From contig CM119265.1 in NCBI GenBank assembly GCA_051294375.1, positions 24,276,247-24,340,246 on the forward strand: 64,000 nucleotides of DNA. The letters run 5' to 3'. Positions 39,246 through 51,298 of the stretch are shown here, piece after piece (the first letter of the stretch is position 1; each line of letters starts with the position of its first letter). Under the pieces are notes generated by a model. That model saw only the letters and a program-made list of their open reading frames with translations, was not told the origin of the DNA and ran no database searches. Origin of the DNA: Paraspadella gotoi (taxonomy: Eukaryota > Animalia > Chaetognatha). The translations under genes were made by a program, and so were the position numbers.

Positions 39246-39941
39246 GCGCGACAGAGAGAAATAAAAAGAGAGAGTGACACTGTATTTAAGAATGATAGAG
39301 AGAGAGAGAGAGAGAGAGAGCGAAAGGTAAAGTGAGCTGAGGAAATTGAAAGTCTTAAACGATTCTTTGCTTATTGCTCCGAATAGAAAATACCACTTGC
39401 AACTTTGAAATGTCGTCAGAGTAATTGAAGTCTCCGCCTTTCGTTCCCGTCGAGGATTTAAAATTATTGGATTTTGCTTCCCGTCCGCTCGATGCAACGG
39501 CGCGCCGAGGAAAGAAAATATATCGCTTTAAAATTCAAACCGATTTACATAAAACCCCCGTTTGCCAAGTAATATAAAATTTCACATTAAATCGCGAACT
39601 GTTTAATCTTGACCGTGGGACTTGGGATTTTTTTTTTCTGCCGTCATTGCCATCAAAGATATGGAATCGGAATCAAATCGGAATCGAATCGAATCAGTGA
39701 CTCGGGTGAAATAAACCAAGGACTCGGTGGTTGGATGAATCACCATCGGAACTGACCAATGAGAAGAAGGGCTTCATGCCATCGGGAACGAGAGCCCGTG
39801 TTGATGATCCGATGGTACTGTATAAATATTGAGCGTCTTTGTATTGGTTCCATTCTGTCTCACACCGTTCTTCGTATATATTATCTGAGAATAAAATCCA
39901 CTTTGGTTTCATGTTGAAATCTCTGTCTACATACTTAAATG

Positions 39942-39973
39942 TGGCGGCAGTGGTGGGATTCGAACCCACGCCT
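39942..39973 (-). pseudogene. tRNA-Leu-like 3' half including CCA, flanked by a 16-bp direct repeat
   Basis: Minus strand AGGCGTGGGTTCGAATCCCACCACTGCCG-CCA (T-arm, acceptor 3' strand, CCA). Flanks ctacatacttaaatgt and ctacttacctaaatgt match 14/16. Confidence 0.7.
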
Positions 39974-41460
39974 ACTACTTACCTAAATGTTTCTCTGCGC
40001 AATCGCCATCGCGTATTGCACAAACAATTGCAGACGCGAGACTTCGGTATTAAAGAATAGTCATCTTGAACGCCATTCACAAACCACCGCAGACCTCAGT
40101 GGTTCACCGTTATCCTTTTTTTAGCCATCAACGAGCGATATACGCCATTCACGCCACTGCCATTTCACGATTCCATCTATCACCATCTCTCTCCCACCCC
40201 AACCCTCTCTTCCCCTACACCTCCGCCGATCATAAGCCGGCAACTGCCTCGTTTTCATAACAAATGATCCAGAATCGGTCCGTGATTGAGAGTCCGTCCG
40301 GTCCGGTGCGGTCCGGTCCGGTCCGATCGTTAAACGCGCGATCTGAGTCGTGAATCAGTCGAGCGTGAGCGCGGACCCCAAGTGAAGACCGCGAGAAGTT
40401 CACTCGAGCGTGAACGATTTTTTTTTTTGATGAGCGTGATGAGAGGCCACTCCGGTGTTAAGAGATAAGTATTGATATAAAATAACTTAAGGGTTAAAGA
40501 TGAGACGGGATTTTAAAGGCACTTTTTTGAAATTAGTATATAACCGTTAACCAAATATAAAAATATTCATTCAATCAATAAACAAGCTTTTGAGATCCTG
40601 TCTTTGGCCTTATCATAAATAACACAAAAAAAACATACACCCACACACAAAACAACCTCAAATGACGAAAAAAAATTTGAACGAAGTCGCACTAATCGAG
40701 AGTCCGAGAAATTTTTCAGGTTCCTATTTTCCGCTTAAAACAGTTGGTCTAGTTTCTCTTTTATCTTGTGCCATGTGGTCGATCGACCAACCGACGAGGC
40801 CCGAAACTGGTTCTCATTTCCTCTCGTCTCGACTTTCATAACCGCGATGACTGGAATAACATATTTAACAAAGAAAATTTAAAAATTAGAAATTGTTGCC
40901 GCCGACAGAGTTAATTAATCTGTATTATAAAAAGAATCAATTAGTAGCTCAGTTTTGCTGCCGATCGGTGCGTGAAACAACCCCGTTAATCGATGTTTCT
41001 CCTCATTTCCCTTAAATACATTTAAAATATTGAATACAATATAAAATCACGTAATTCTTTTTTCCTTTCAAACAAAAGCTAATAAGTTCAAATTATCTAT
41101 TTCTATATGAATTATCATACTATTTTCTTCCTAGCTAACGAGGAAAATTGAAAAACAATGATATTCAATAAACCACACTCCCAGTAAATAAAAATTAATA
41201 TCACGTTTCCCTTTTGTCTTCTCTTTTTACCTCCCCTTTTTCCAGGAGAATTCGTTCTCAACAGATGTCGCTCCGCGCGACAAGAGATCGTGATCGGCGA
41301 GGAAAACACATTGGCACATGATGTCGTTCCCTCAGCGGGCATGCTGGCACGGATCACGAGAAGCGCCTCTCTCCTGCCGCCGTGAATCCACCCGTGGCCA
41401 GCCCGCCGTCGAGCTCATGCAGCCGGAGGTGGACGGTCAGTTGTGCGAACATACGGCGCG

Positions 41461-44043
41461 GACACTATATAGAGCTTCAGTAGGGTGGATGACGGAAAAT
41501 AATTCACAGCCTCTGCTATCGCCACCAACACGACTACACTATGTGAGCTTAGTAGGGCGGTGGATGCACGAAAAAATATCACAGCGGCCTCGCTATCCGA
41601 AGCCCAGAACGACTACACTATATTGAGCTTAGTAGGGTGGATGACGGAAAATATCACAGAGCGCTAAGACCTACATCCAATGCTACTTCCCGAGCACAAA
41701 TGTGCAACTGGCATACCACATATTATAAAGTGAGCAATATAGTATAAAGAAGGAAATCATTAGATGAGAAGAATAAGAGGAACGCACAAATTAAAGAAAA
41801 TATCATATGTTAAATTCTGAAACACATCGCAAGACCTATATTCGTGACAAGCAACAACCACGACATGTTACTGTAATTACCCCACCATCCACAAGCGCCA
41901 ATCAACCTATTTTAAATAATTATTTTCTTAAACTAATTATGAATAACAGCTTACACTTCATATTAGTACTAAGCAGTTGCTAGTTATCTGACGCGTGTGA
42001 GATATAAATCAATAACACACAAGAATAAGGACCTCCAACTTAATCAGTGAGCACCAAAGTAACAACGCAGCCTAACCATTATGATTAGCTCTCCTTGAAA
42101 GAATACAAGGTCCTTGCACCGTAGTAGGATATGACGAGAGAGCAGGAGATTCCGACCTATCTCACAGCGGCCTCGCAATAATATCGGAGCGAAATCAGTA
42201 AACGACTACTACGTATCCATGCAGCTTAGTAGGGCCTGGATGCAGCGGTGAGCAGAAAGAAATATCACCAGCGGACCGCCAGAGTTCGACAACGGCTATC
42301 GATCTGCTCAGAGTACGTTTCCTCATTATCCTATCTAAATCTTCTATACAAAACGTAAATTATTTAAGAAATGAGTCCCTGTGTAGGTAGAGGGTGCCAA
42401 AGAAATATAGACGAGAAGCAAGACAACATAATAGCCCGTAAACCAGAAGGTCGCCTCATGCCCGCTATCCGAAGCCAAGACAGGAAATCTTAAATGCACG
42501 TTTCTTACACTAAGCTTATCGTTAGACTTGCCAATTAGTTATGGTGTAGAGAAGTACTCCACCGCAGGACACCAGACTAATCTACCTTAGATTGGCGTGC
42601 CCTCAGCCATTATCATTGATAGTCTCAAGACAACGAGGCCGCGTCGTGACTCTACCTATTTATGTGTAATTTCCCGCTATGCCCAATGCTATGGAGTGAG
42701 TTCATCGTATGAGCCAGGTGAAATAACTATCACGCCGTTTGTGCCTGCCTCTCTCCTTATCCTCCAGCCGAAGAGCGGACGAGCTAAGCGTAACCACAGC
42801 AGATCGCCATAGAGGCTCGGACAGTAGGGCTCTGAACGGATCCGAGCGGGAACAATACCAAGCGTTCGCCTCGGCCCTAGTGCTATGCGCAGGGAACCGA
42901 CTGTACACGCTCGATCATCGAGGACTTAGGAACCGGCCGTGGATGACGCGACAAAGTGCCAGCGAGCGGCCTTGGTCTGAGTGACTCGTCGAGACATTAA
43001 TGGCAGAAGAAAAGAGGAACAGAAGAGAAGAGAAGAAAAACTGACACTGAGTATCGAGATTATGAGAAGGTGATGACGGACAGGAGAGAAGATATCACAG
43101 CATAAGAGAACCTCGACTATCGAGCCAAGAACGCAGCGTAACACGAGAAGATATATGAGCACCTTTAGTAGGGTGGCATGACGGAAATATCACGAGGGCC
43201 TCGCTATCGAGCCAGCAACGACTACACTATATGGCCAGCTTAGTAGTGGTGGATACGGAAAAATATCACAGCGGCCTCGCTATCGAGCCAGAACGCACCT
43301 ACACTATATGAGCTTAGTAGGGTGGGTAAATGACGGAAAATTATCACAGGCCTCGCTTATCGAGCCAGAACGACTACACTATATGACGCTTAAGTAGGAG
43401 TGGATGACGGAAGAATCATCACAAGCGCCTCGCTATCGAGCCAGAACGACTACACTATATGAGCTTAGTAGGGTGGATGACGCGAAAATATCACAGGGCC
43501 TCGCTATCGAGCCAAGAACGCACTACCACTATATGAGCTTAGTAGGGGGATGCCACGGAAAATATCCACAGCGGCCTCGCCTATCGAGCCAGAACGACAT
43601 ACACTATATGAGCTTAGTAGGCGTGGATGACGGAAAATATCACAGGCCTCCCTATCGAGCCAGCAACGACTACCACTATATGAGCTTAGTAGGGCTGGAT
43701 GACGGAAATATCACAGGCGCCTTGTATTTGAGCCCAGAACGACTACACTATATGAGCTAGTTAGGTACCGGGATGACCGCGGAAATAATATCACCAGGCC
43801 TCGCTATCGAGCCAAAGAACGACTACACTATATGATGCTTCAGTAGGGCTGGATGACGGAAAATACTCCACAGCGCGCCTCGCTATCGAGCCAGAATGAC
43901 TACACTATATGAGCCTTAGCCTAGCGGTGGATGACCGGAAAATATCACCAGGCCTCGCTATCGAGCCAGAACGAACTAAAACACTATGAGTGAGCTTAGC
44001 TAGGGTGGGATGACGCGAAAATTATCACAGGGCCTCACTATCG
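41461..44043. repeat. Tandem array of a 69-70-bp unit; middle part degraded by read noise
   Basis: Unit gaacgactacactatatgagcttagtagggtggatgacggaaaatatcacag(g)gcctcgctatcgagcca. Clear copies at 41461-41660 and 43060-44043, remnants between. Confidence 0.9.
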
Positions 44044-45520
44044 CATTCGTTTGGAGAGGCTGCTCTCGGCGGAACAAGGGTCAGAGTAAGTCCTGTTATA
44101 CTGCTTAATGCGTGAAGGAAGCACAATGGTTATCAAGAGGACGGTCATAAAGTATTTCATCAATATTATGTGACTTTGGTGTAACTAAGAAGCATTGAAC
44201 GATTGAAAATTTTAATGTCTTCAAACAAAAGCTGAGGCGTCACTTACCCATTTTTTTGCTCGGCTGTTGTGTCTACGTTGCCCCGTTCCTTTTATTTTAC
44301 GAAAGAGAGCCACTACTTTAGATATATTATTGCTTAGAATATTTCTAAAAACATTTCTTTTTAAACGATTCTGAAAAAATTGTCATCTAGTTACCCCTCA
44401 CTAATATCTATACCTAATGACGTAGTTTATCGAATACTGAATAGTAAAAAACACAAAGAGAAAACAACAAAAAATGCGACCGAAGATTAGAGATCTGCTC
44501 ACTCACATCCTAAAATTACAATCTACAATTCCTGAAATTACTGAATTCTAAACTATCGAATCTAAATCCGAAACTAAATCTGCAAACTAAATCAGAATCT
44601 TGAATGTAAATCCTAAATCCTAAATCATAATCCAAATCTGCCAATCTACACAAATCCCTTGAAATCTACAAATCAGAATCTTACTGTAAATCTAAAAATC
44701 CGCCCTCCCGAAATCCATTCTTGTCCTTTTTCACGCGACACAAGCAGTCACTCGACCTTTTAATGCCTCACCACGAGATCACGTGACTATGATCGTCCAT
44801 ACAAAATAAAATCTATGACCCGCACGTCCACACTTATTACACGGCCTGNNNNNNNNNNNNNNNNNNNNNNNNNNNNNNNNNNNNNNNNNNNNNNNNNNNN
44901 NNNNNNNNNNNNNNNNNNNNNNNNNNNNNNNNNNNNNNNNNNNNNNNNCAAAAAAAAAAATTGTTTTTAAAAATCAAACATCAAATGGAGTGAACGATGA
45001 GGATATCGAATAAAACTATCATTTTTAGATGTGGCGAAACAAGTTTCGTTTCTTAGACTCTGGATTCACCTTCGCAACAATTCCTTAAAAGTAGCGGGGA
45101 TAAGTGATTTTCAAAGGCGATAATTTTCCTTTTCATTCTCTTTATTTTGCGAAGTAAAAGAGGAAAGAAAATAAAGGAGAAACTGAAGATAAATCTAATT
45201 TTGACTAAAGAGTTCATAGCATCTTCCACATAGTTTCTTTTTTCTATCAATTTTTATTCTCTCCTTTCATTCTTCTTTCCTTTTTTTTCTTATTCTTCTT
45301 TGGGTCAATTTTTTCTGCAAATTTTCCTCTTTTCTCTCGTTGTTTACTTTCCTCTTCTCTCTTCCCTCTCGGTCGACTTTTCTTTTCACTTCACCCACTG
45401 TTTTCTTCTTCAGCTTTCCCTCCCCACCTTTCCCTTTCCCACTTTACAACAACCCCCTTTCTTCGCCAATCACACACCACTAAGCCTCAGCCACCCTGAG
45501 CCCAACCCCCACCCCCAAAA

Positions 45521-45809
45521 ATGGGATCCTGGACGGACATCTTCGCCTTTCATCGGAGCCTGGTCGATCTTCCTCGGTGCTCTCGTCGTTCCTCAGTTGG
45601 TCTTACTACAACGTTCTCTGCGATTTGACGCTCGTCTTCAACAACAGCTTCATCCTCGTCGCCTGCGTCGTCATCAACACTTTCGTGGTGACGCCGCTCT
45701 TCGTCGTGACGCGGCGTCACTTTCGGATGACGTGGCGTCAATGGATCGGCGCATGGCGTTCGGTTCCATCGACAATTTCTTGATCGTCCTCATGTCCTTT
45801 GCGTTTCAG
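45521..45809 (+). CDS. Exon 1 of an EamA/DMT-superfamily transporter (SLC35G-like), with ~3 apparent frameshifts
   Basis: aaaaATG; corrected reading MGSWTDIFAFIGAWSIFLGALSFLSWSYYNV...FVVTPLFVVTRRHFRMTWRQWIG.MAFGSIDNFLIVLMSFAFQ, then CAG|GT. Confidence 0.7.
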
Positions 45810-46759
45810 GTTGGAGGAGGGGGGCTGTTTATCTCTCTCTCATCTCTCGTTCTCTCTCTCTCTCGTCTCTCTCTCTCTCTCTCATCTCTCTGCTCGTCTC
45901 TCATCTTCTCGTCCTCTCTCCTCTGTCTCTCTCTCTTCTCGCCTCTCTCTCTCTAGCTCTCTCTCTTTTTTCGCAGAGTTTCAAAATCTCCTTCAGTCAA
46001 GAAGCTTTTTTCCGCGGAGAAAGAAAACATCATCTCCTTTTCGCTTCGGCTTTTTTTTTTACCTCCTTTGTCACGCACTCAATTTCCCCTATCTTCCTCC
46101 TCTTTTCCTCTCTTCCTCCTCCTCCTCCTCCTCTTCCTCCTCCTCCTGCCCTTTGTTCCTTTTTTTCTTCCTTGTTTTTTTTTTTTGCTTTCTTAAGATT
46201 CTTTACTTCAACATCACCTCTCAGGCCAAAAGGCCCGCACCGAACTCCATCAAAACCCCATCAGTGACGCTTAATTCCTTTCTCGGCCCTATTCTTCTAA
46301 AACGACCCATTTCAAGTTCAATTGGGAATTAAAATAGTTTTTCTTTAAAAGATTTAAGGATTAAGGAATGGAAATATGACGCTTTTGGTAAAGAGAGCCT
46401 TAAATTTGGCCTCATTCTCCCTAATCAAATGATCTTTTTAGTCCACCCCGTCTCTTACCTCTTCAATCACCTTTGCCATCCCATCAACATCAGTTCCCCT
46501 TCACTCCATCAGCCTTCTCTCTCGCTTCTCCATCCCTTACCCTGTCACTTACCCACTGTAATTCCGTCTACAACAGAGCCCTGCTGATCTCTGCTCCATT
46601 CCTTCCTTCATCTCTCACCTTTTTCGATTTTAAAATATTACAAATATTTATTATAATTTTATGTTATATTAATATATATAAATTATAAATATTTTGAAAA
46701 AATTCCATAAATATTATTTATAATTTAATTTCAAGTAATTTTGAAAAAAAGGAGAATGT

Positions 46760-46870
46760 CCTATAAAATACCCTATATAATACCCTAAAGGAAAATACTC
46801 TATAAAATACCCTATATAATACCCTAAAGGAAAATACTCTATAAAATACCCTATATAATACCCTATATTA
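46760..46870. repeat. 39-bp tandem repeat (~3 units) in the transporter intron
   Basis: ctataaaataccctatataataccctaaaggaaaatact repeated. Confidence 0.85.
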
Positions 46871-46917
46871 TCTTCGAAATGACACATTTTCCCTTCCCTC
46901 TCCCCCCCCCGATTCAG

Positions 46918-47237
46918 CACATCCCGATAGGCGACGCTTCCTGTCTTTTCGCCCTCCGCGTCGTCTGGACGCCCATCGTCGAGGCCATCTGGAAGCGGCG
47001 TTGTCTCCCGTGGGGTCAGATCTTGGTCGCCGGCGTCAGTGTCGTCGGCGCCGTTCTCATCACGCAACCGGCGTTCATTTTCGGCGCCGCTTCGACGACT
47101 TCCGGTTCCGAGTGGAGCGGCGTCGCCTACTTGTGCGCGATCGGCGCCGGAATCTTGGCGTCGCTGTCGTACATCCTGTTGGCGCTTTGGCCGGAAATGC
47201 ATTGGGCCGTGTGGCAATCGATGATCGCGCCCATGGG
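46918..47237 (+). CDS. Exon 2 of the EamA/SLC35G-like transporter
   Basis: Acceptor ttcAG; HIPIGDASCLFALRVVWTPIVEAIWKRRCLPWGQILVAGVSVVGAVLITQPAFIFG matches the EamA pattern (AFQ.lPiGDA...G.vLI..P.F.FG); donor GG|GTGAG, phase 2. Confidence 0.85.
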
Positions 47238-47419
47238 GTGAGGAGAGTGTTGTTTTTGTTGTTGTTGTTTTTGTTGTTGTTGTTGTTGTTGTTGTTGTCA
47301 ACTATTTGACAATCCTGGATGCAACTCTCTCTTTGGTTGCCTGGTTGGTTGGCTGATTGGAAGGTTAAATAGTTGACAGGATGGTTGGTTGGATGGTTGG
47401 TTAATTCGTTTTTTTATTT

Positions 47420-47580
47420 GTTTGTTCGTTCGTTACTCATTCATTTGTTCGTTTCCTTCTTTTGTTTTGTTCGATCGTTCGTTTCGTTCGTTCGGTTCCG
47501 TTTCGTTCGTTCGTTCGTTCGGTTCGTTCGTTCGTTCGTTTCGTTCTTTCGTTCTTTCGTTCTTTCGTTCGTTCGTTTCG
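47420..47580. repeat. (TTCG)n microsatellite
   Basis: Direct reading. Confidence 0.9.
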
Positions 47581-47664
47581 TTGCGAAGAGAAAAAGTTTA
47601 ATCTGCTTTCACCCTCCCCTGTCTCAACCTACCCTTACCCTTCCAAACCCCAACCCCGCCGCAG

Positions 47665-48148
47665 CTGGATCATCGCTCCCATCAACTACCTCGCATCAAC
47701 GGCACCTCTTACCCAAAGACTTCGTCCCGCGGATTTCGTCAAATCTTCCTCATCGCTCTCTTCGACATGTTGGGGGCGCGCCTGCCGCACGGGCGCGTCC
47801 AGGAGCACGACGCCTCCACCGTGGCCCTCGTCAGCGTCCTCGAGGATCCCCTTCACTTACTTCTGGGGTTGGGTCTACGCGGGTCAGTCGCTGCGGGCTG
47901 CTCAACTTCATCGGGCGGCTCTGGTCATGGCGTCCGTTGTCTTGTTTGAGCGCGCCGTGTGTTGTGAGGGACGGAAGAGAAGGGAGGAGGGGAGAGGAAG
48001 AGGCTGGTGGGGAGAGGGGAGGGAAGGGGGGAAGAGATGGAGGAGGAGAAAGGGGAGAAGGGGATGTGGTGGGGAGGAGGAATGTGGAAGTGGAAGCGAG
48101 TGGGGGGAAGGAGGAGAGAGAGAGGGAGGAGGGAGAGAGGAGGGATGA
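47665..48148 (+). CDS. Exon 3 of the EamA/SLC35G-like transporter; frameshifted, 3' end uncertain
   Basis: gcAG|c tgg completes the phase-2 codon. Fragments QEHDASTVALVSVLE, TYFWGWVYAGQSL and NFIGAALVMASVVL fit the second EamA repeat. Confidence 0.7.
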
Positions 48149-48772
48149 GAGAGAGAGCAGAGAGGAGGAGAGGGGAGGAGAGTAAGCGAGGATGAAGAGG
48201 GGGAGAGAGAGAGCAGAAAAGAGCTTAGAGGAGAGGGAGGAGAGGAGGCCGGGAGGAGAGCGATTAGTTGGAGCTGTTGAGAGGAGTAGAGGATAGGCGT
48301 GAGAGTTGGAGAGAAGGAGGGATGGAGGAGGGTGGAAGGGTGGAGAGAGAGAGAGGATAGTTAGTCAAGTCGGAGAAAAAGGAGACGGAGTTGCGACGGT
48401 GAGAGTGAGGAGAGAGAGAAGGCGGGAGGAGAGAGGAGAGTGAGAAGCGAAAGAGAGGAAGAAGAGAAGGAGAGAGGAGAGAGAGGGAGAAAGATGAGAC
48501 GAGAGCGAGAGAAGAAAGAGGGAAGGGAGAGAGAGAGAGAGAGAGTGTCCTCCTCCTCCAAGGTTTGACGCTTGAAAAATGTTCCTCATTTTTCTCTCTG
48601 AGGTTTAAACGATTTTCTAACTTTGGGTTATTTCATACGAACCAGGCGAGAGTTAAAAAGTCATTCAAAAAAAAATTTATTAACAAACAGTCTCACGTAG
48701 CGCGATTTTGTAACGTCTTGCCATAATAATTTATATATAACTGCTGTCACGAATGCAATTAATTTAATGTAC

Positions 48773-48835
48773 TTTGCGGTTAATAACGTCTCAAGTGATG
48801 CGTAACAGAAGAATTCCGCGCGGCCAGCATTTTTC
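48773..48835 (-). CDS. Ig-superfamily gene exon (C2-set F strand); 5' end abuts a gap
   Basis: g|KNAGRAEFFCYASLETLLTA(aa|GT). Joined to the previous exon it reads FELTRKNAGRAEFFCYAS, like Ig F.pTR.d.G..y.C.A. Confidence 0.5.
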
Positions 48836-49231
48836 NNNNNNNNNNNNNNNNNNNNNNNNNNNNNNNNNNNNNNNNNNNNNNNNNNNNNNNNNNNNNNNNN
48901 NNNNNNNNNNNNNNNNNNNNNNNNNNNNNNNNNNNNNNNNNNNNNNNNNNNNNNNNNNNNNNNNNNNNNNNNNNNNNNNNNNNNNNNNNNNNNNNNNNNN
49001 NNNNNNNNNNNNNNNNNNNNNNNNNNNNNNNNNNNNNNNNNNNNNNNNNNNNNNNNNNNNTAAAACTTTTTCTCTTCCAGCCTATCGCAATTCTTTTACA
49101 ATAAAAAAAATAAACGTTTTAATGTTTTCAACATTATTTGTTTTCGATTTTTTTCCCTCCAACGACCAAAAGAAAAAAAGATGAAACTTCAATCCAGAAA
49201 GTGTGTTGTGAACTTGGCTCGTCGATCATAC

Positions 49232-49304
49232 CTCGTCAATTCGAACGAATTCTCGTCATTCCGAACGATTAAGTCCGAAAACAATTCCCGGGTTTGATAT
49301 TTAC
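49232..49304 (-). CDS. Ig-superfamily gene exon
   Basis: Acceptor ttttcctttcgctatcccAG, 73 nt (G)KYQTRELFSDLIVRNDENSFELT(R), donor AG|GTATGA; phase 1 to 2. Confidence 0.5.
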
Positions 49305-50911
49305 CTGGGATAGCGAAAGGAAAAGTCTGTCTTTACATCCATGTATCACATCTTCATTTTTTTGCTCTAGAATGTTCTAGAATGTTCGGCTGATACCCCA
49401 AAGAATTCAAGTCTTATATGCACTCTCAAACTCCAGTCGGTATTCGCTTTTCTCCCCCTTGCTATTCTACCATGCCTCAAAACTGCTAAGCAAAGCTACT
49501 TTCCCACAATCAAACCCTGTCACGCCCTTCTCCCCCTACCATGCCTCGACACTTCCAAACCCTCCTTTGCCCCTTTCCATGCTTAAAACCAGCCACGCCT
49601 TGCCCTCGTTCCGGATATCCTGTCTCCATAGCGACGCGATTCGTCAAAGTCTTCCCCGTTTGTTTGTTGACATCGAAAAAGAAGAAGAAGAAGAAGTAAA
49701 AGAAAAAAATGGAAAAAAATTAAAAGAAAGAAGGAGTTTCCTTCAGTCGCTCGAGGAAGTCTCGGGGAAAAGGGGGAAAAAAATAAGACCTTGGTGACAA
49801 TTTTATAATCGTTCTTCTTCCATCCATCTCCTCCACCTCCTCCTCCTCCTCTTCCTCTTCCTCCTCCTTCTCTTTCAACAAAGATGGCAAAATAGTGGCT
49901 TCGCTCCAGGCGGAAAAATCGCTGATTAATAAATTTTCAGTCTCATCCGTTCAAAACTTTTTTTTTGCTTTCGCTTCGAGTTTTTCCGCCTCCCCTCGAC
50001 TTGTTACAACGCCCAAGTCGTTTCCATTAAGTCGGTCGGTCAGTCTATCCTTAACCCAGACCTTTCCTTTAAACCCAAATATAAAATTAACTCCGAATTA
50101 ATGATAAAATTGGATGTTTTAGAAAAATAAGGCCAGTTTCCACCATTGATTTCCCTTTTGTCTCACACAGTTTTTTCTCTTCTCTTCTTTAAACTTTGTA
50201 ATTTTCTTTCATTTTGTTCTTGACCTAATTTTTTTTTTTACTATTTTTTCCTCCGTTTTTCCAATATTTATTCTTGTTCCAGTTTTATTCTATTTTTCTC
50301 TTCACTTAACTTAACTCTCGTCTTCTCATCTTATATCATTTTTCACTCTCTCTCTCTCTCTCTCTTCTGGTTCCTCTCTCTCTCTCTCTCTTCTCTCTCC
50401 TCTTTTCTCTCGCCTGCTCTTTACTTCTTCATTTCCGCTCGACAGTAATTGTAAGGCTTTTTTCTCGCTACGCATATGGTTTTCCAATGCATCTCCAGGG
50501 CTTCATTTTTTACTCTTTTCTTCTTTCTTTCTCCGCCTCTTTCTTTCTTTCTTTCTCTTTTTCTTTCTTTTCTTTCTTTCTTCTTTCTTTTCTTTCTTTC
50601 TTTCTTTCTTTCTTTCTTTTATTTTCCATCTTTCTAAATTTCTTTCAAGTTTCTTATTACTCTTTTTTCTTTTGTTTTTTCTTTTCTTTTTTGTCTTTCC
50701 CCACTATTTTCTTTACCCCCCCCAAAAAAAAACATATGTAGTCAACTATCAACCGCGTTTCGCGAATCCGACACAACGAGAAAATTGTTTTGACTTTGTT
50801 TTTGTTTTGTTTTTGTTTGGTTTTGTTTGTTTGTTTACGTTATTGATTGCTTTTCGGCGCCTTTCGTTCTGGAATCCTCCGCGTCTCTTGGGGATTGCGG
50901 GTTTCGTCCTG

Positions 50912-50979
<68 letters not shown>

Positions 50980-51234
50980 CGACGCCGAGGACTGTTTACA
51001 AAGCGAAGCGTAAGTAGTCTCTCGGGAAGGGAAAGCGATCCAAAGCGAAAAGTGACAGCGATTGAAAGTGAAAAGAGAAAGTGAGATGATTATTTGCGAA
51101 ACGCAATTAAAATGATTGTGACTGAAAGAGAGATTTTAAAACGAAAAGAAATTAAAAAAAAAATTTAAAAGGATATGAAAATGAATATAAAAGGGAAATA
51201 CAGATAAAATTAATAATAAGCATATACAAATAAC

Positions 51235-51298
51235 ATACTGTGGATTCGATCCCCGAATCTCTGAGCCACGAGTGATTCGGGGATCGAATCCACAATAC
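51235..51298 (-). ncRNA. Pre-miRNA-like hairpin (candidate)
   Basis: Perfect 21-bp inverted repeat (51239-51259 / 51274-51294) with a 14-nt loop; extends to 25 bp with G-U pairs on the minus strand. Confidence 0.3.

Noticed and set aside
39942-39973. Functional tRNA gene or LTR primer-binding site
   Set aside because: The 5' half is absent, the match exceeds 18 nt, it is not preceded by an LTR-terminal CA, and no gag ORF follows.
41660-43050. Unique cargo or ORFs inside the 70-bp array
   Set aside because: Scattered unit remnants indicate a low-quality read segment of the same array.
41461-44043. CRISPR array, spliced-leader RNA array or hammerhead satellite
   Set aside because: Units are contiguous with no unique spacers (differences are read noise) and there are no cas genes. 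No Sm site (AU4-6G) and no CTGAnGA...GAAA core on either strand.
49627-49797. Plus-strand exon DAIRQSLPRLFVDIEKEEEE...
   Set aside because: Low complexity, weak splice sites and no partner exons identified.
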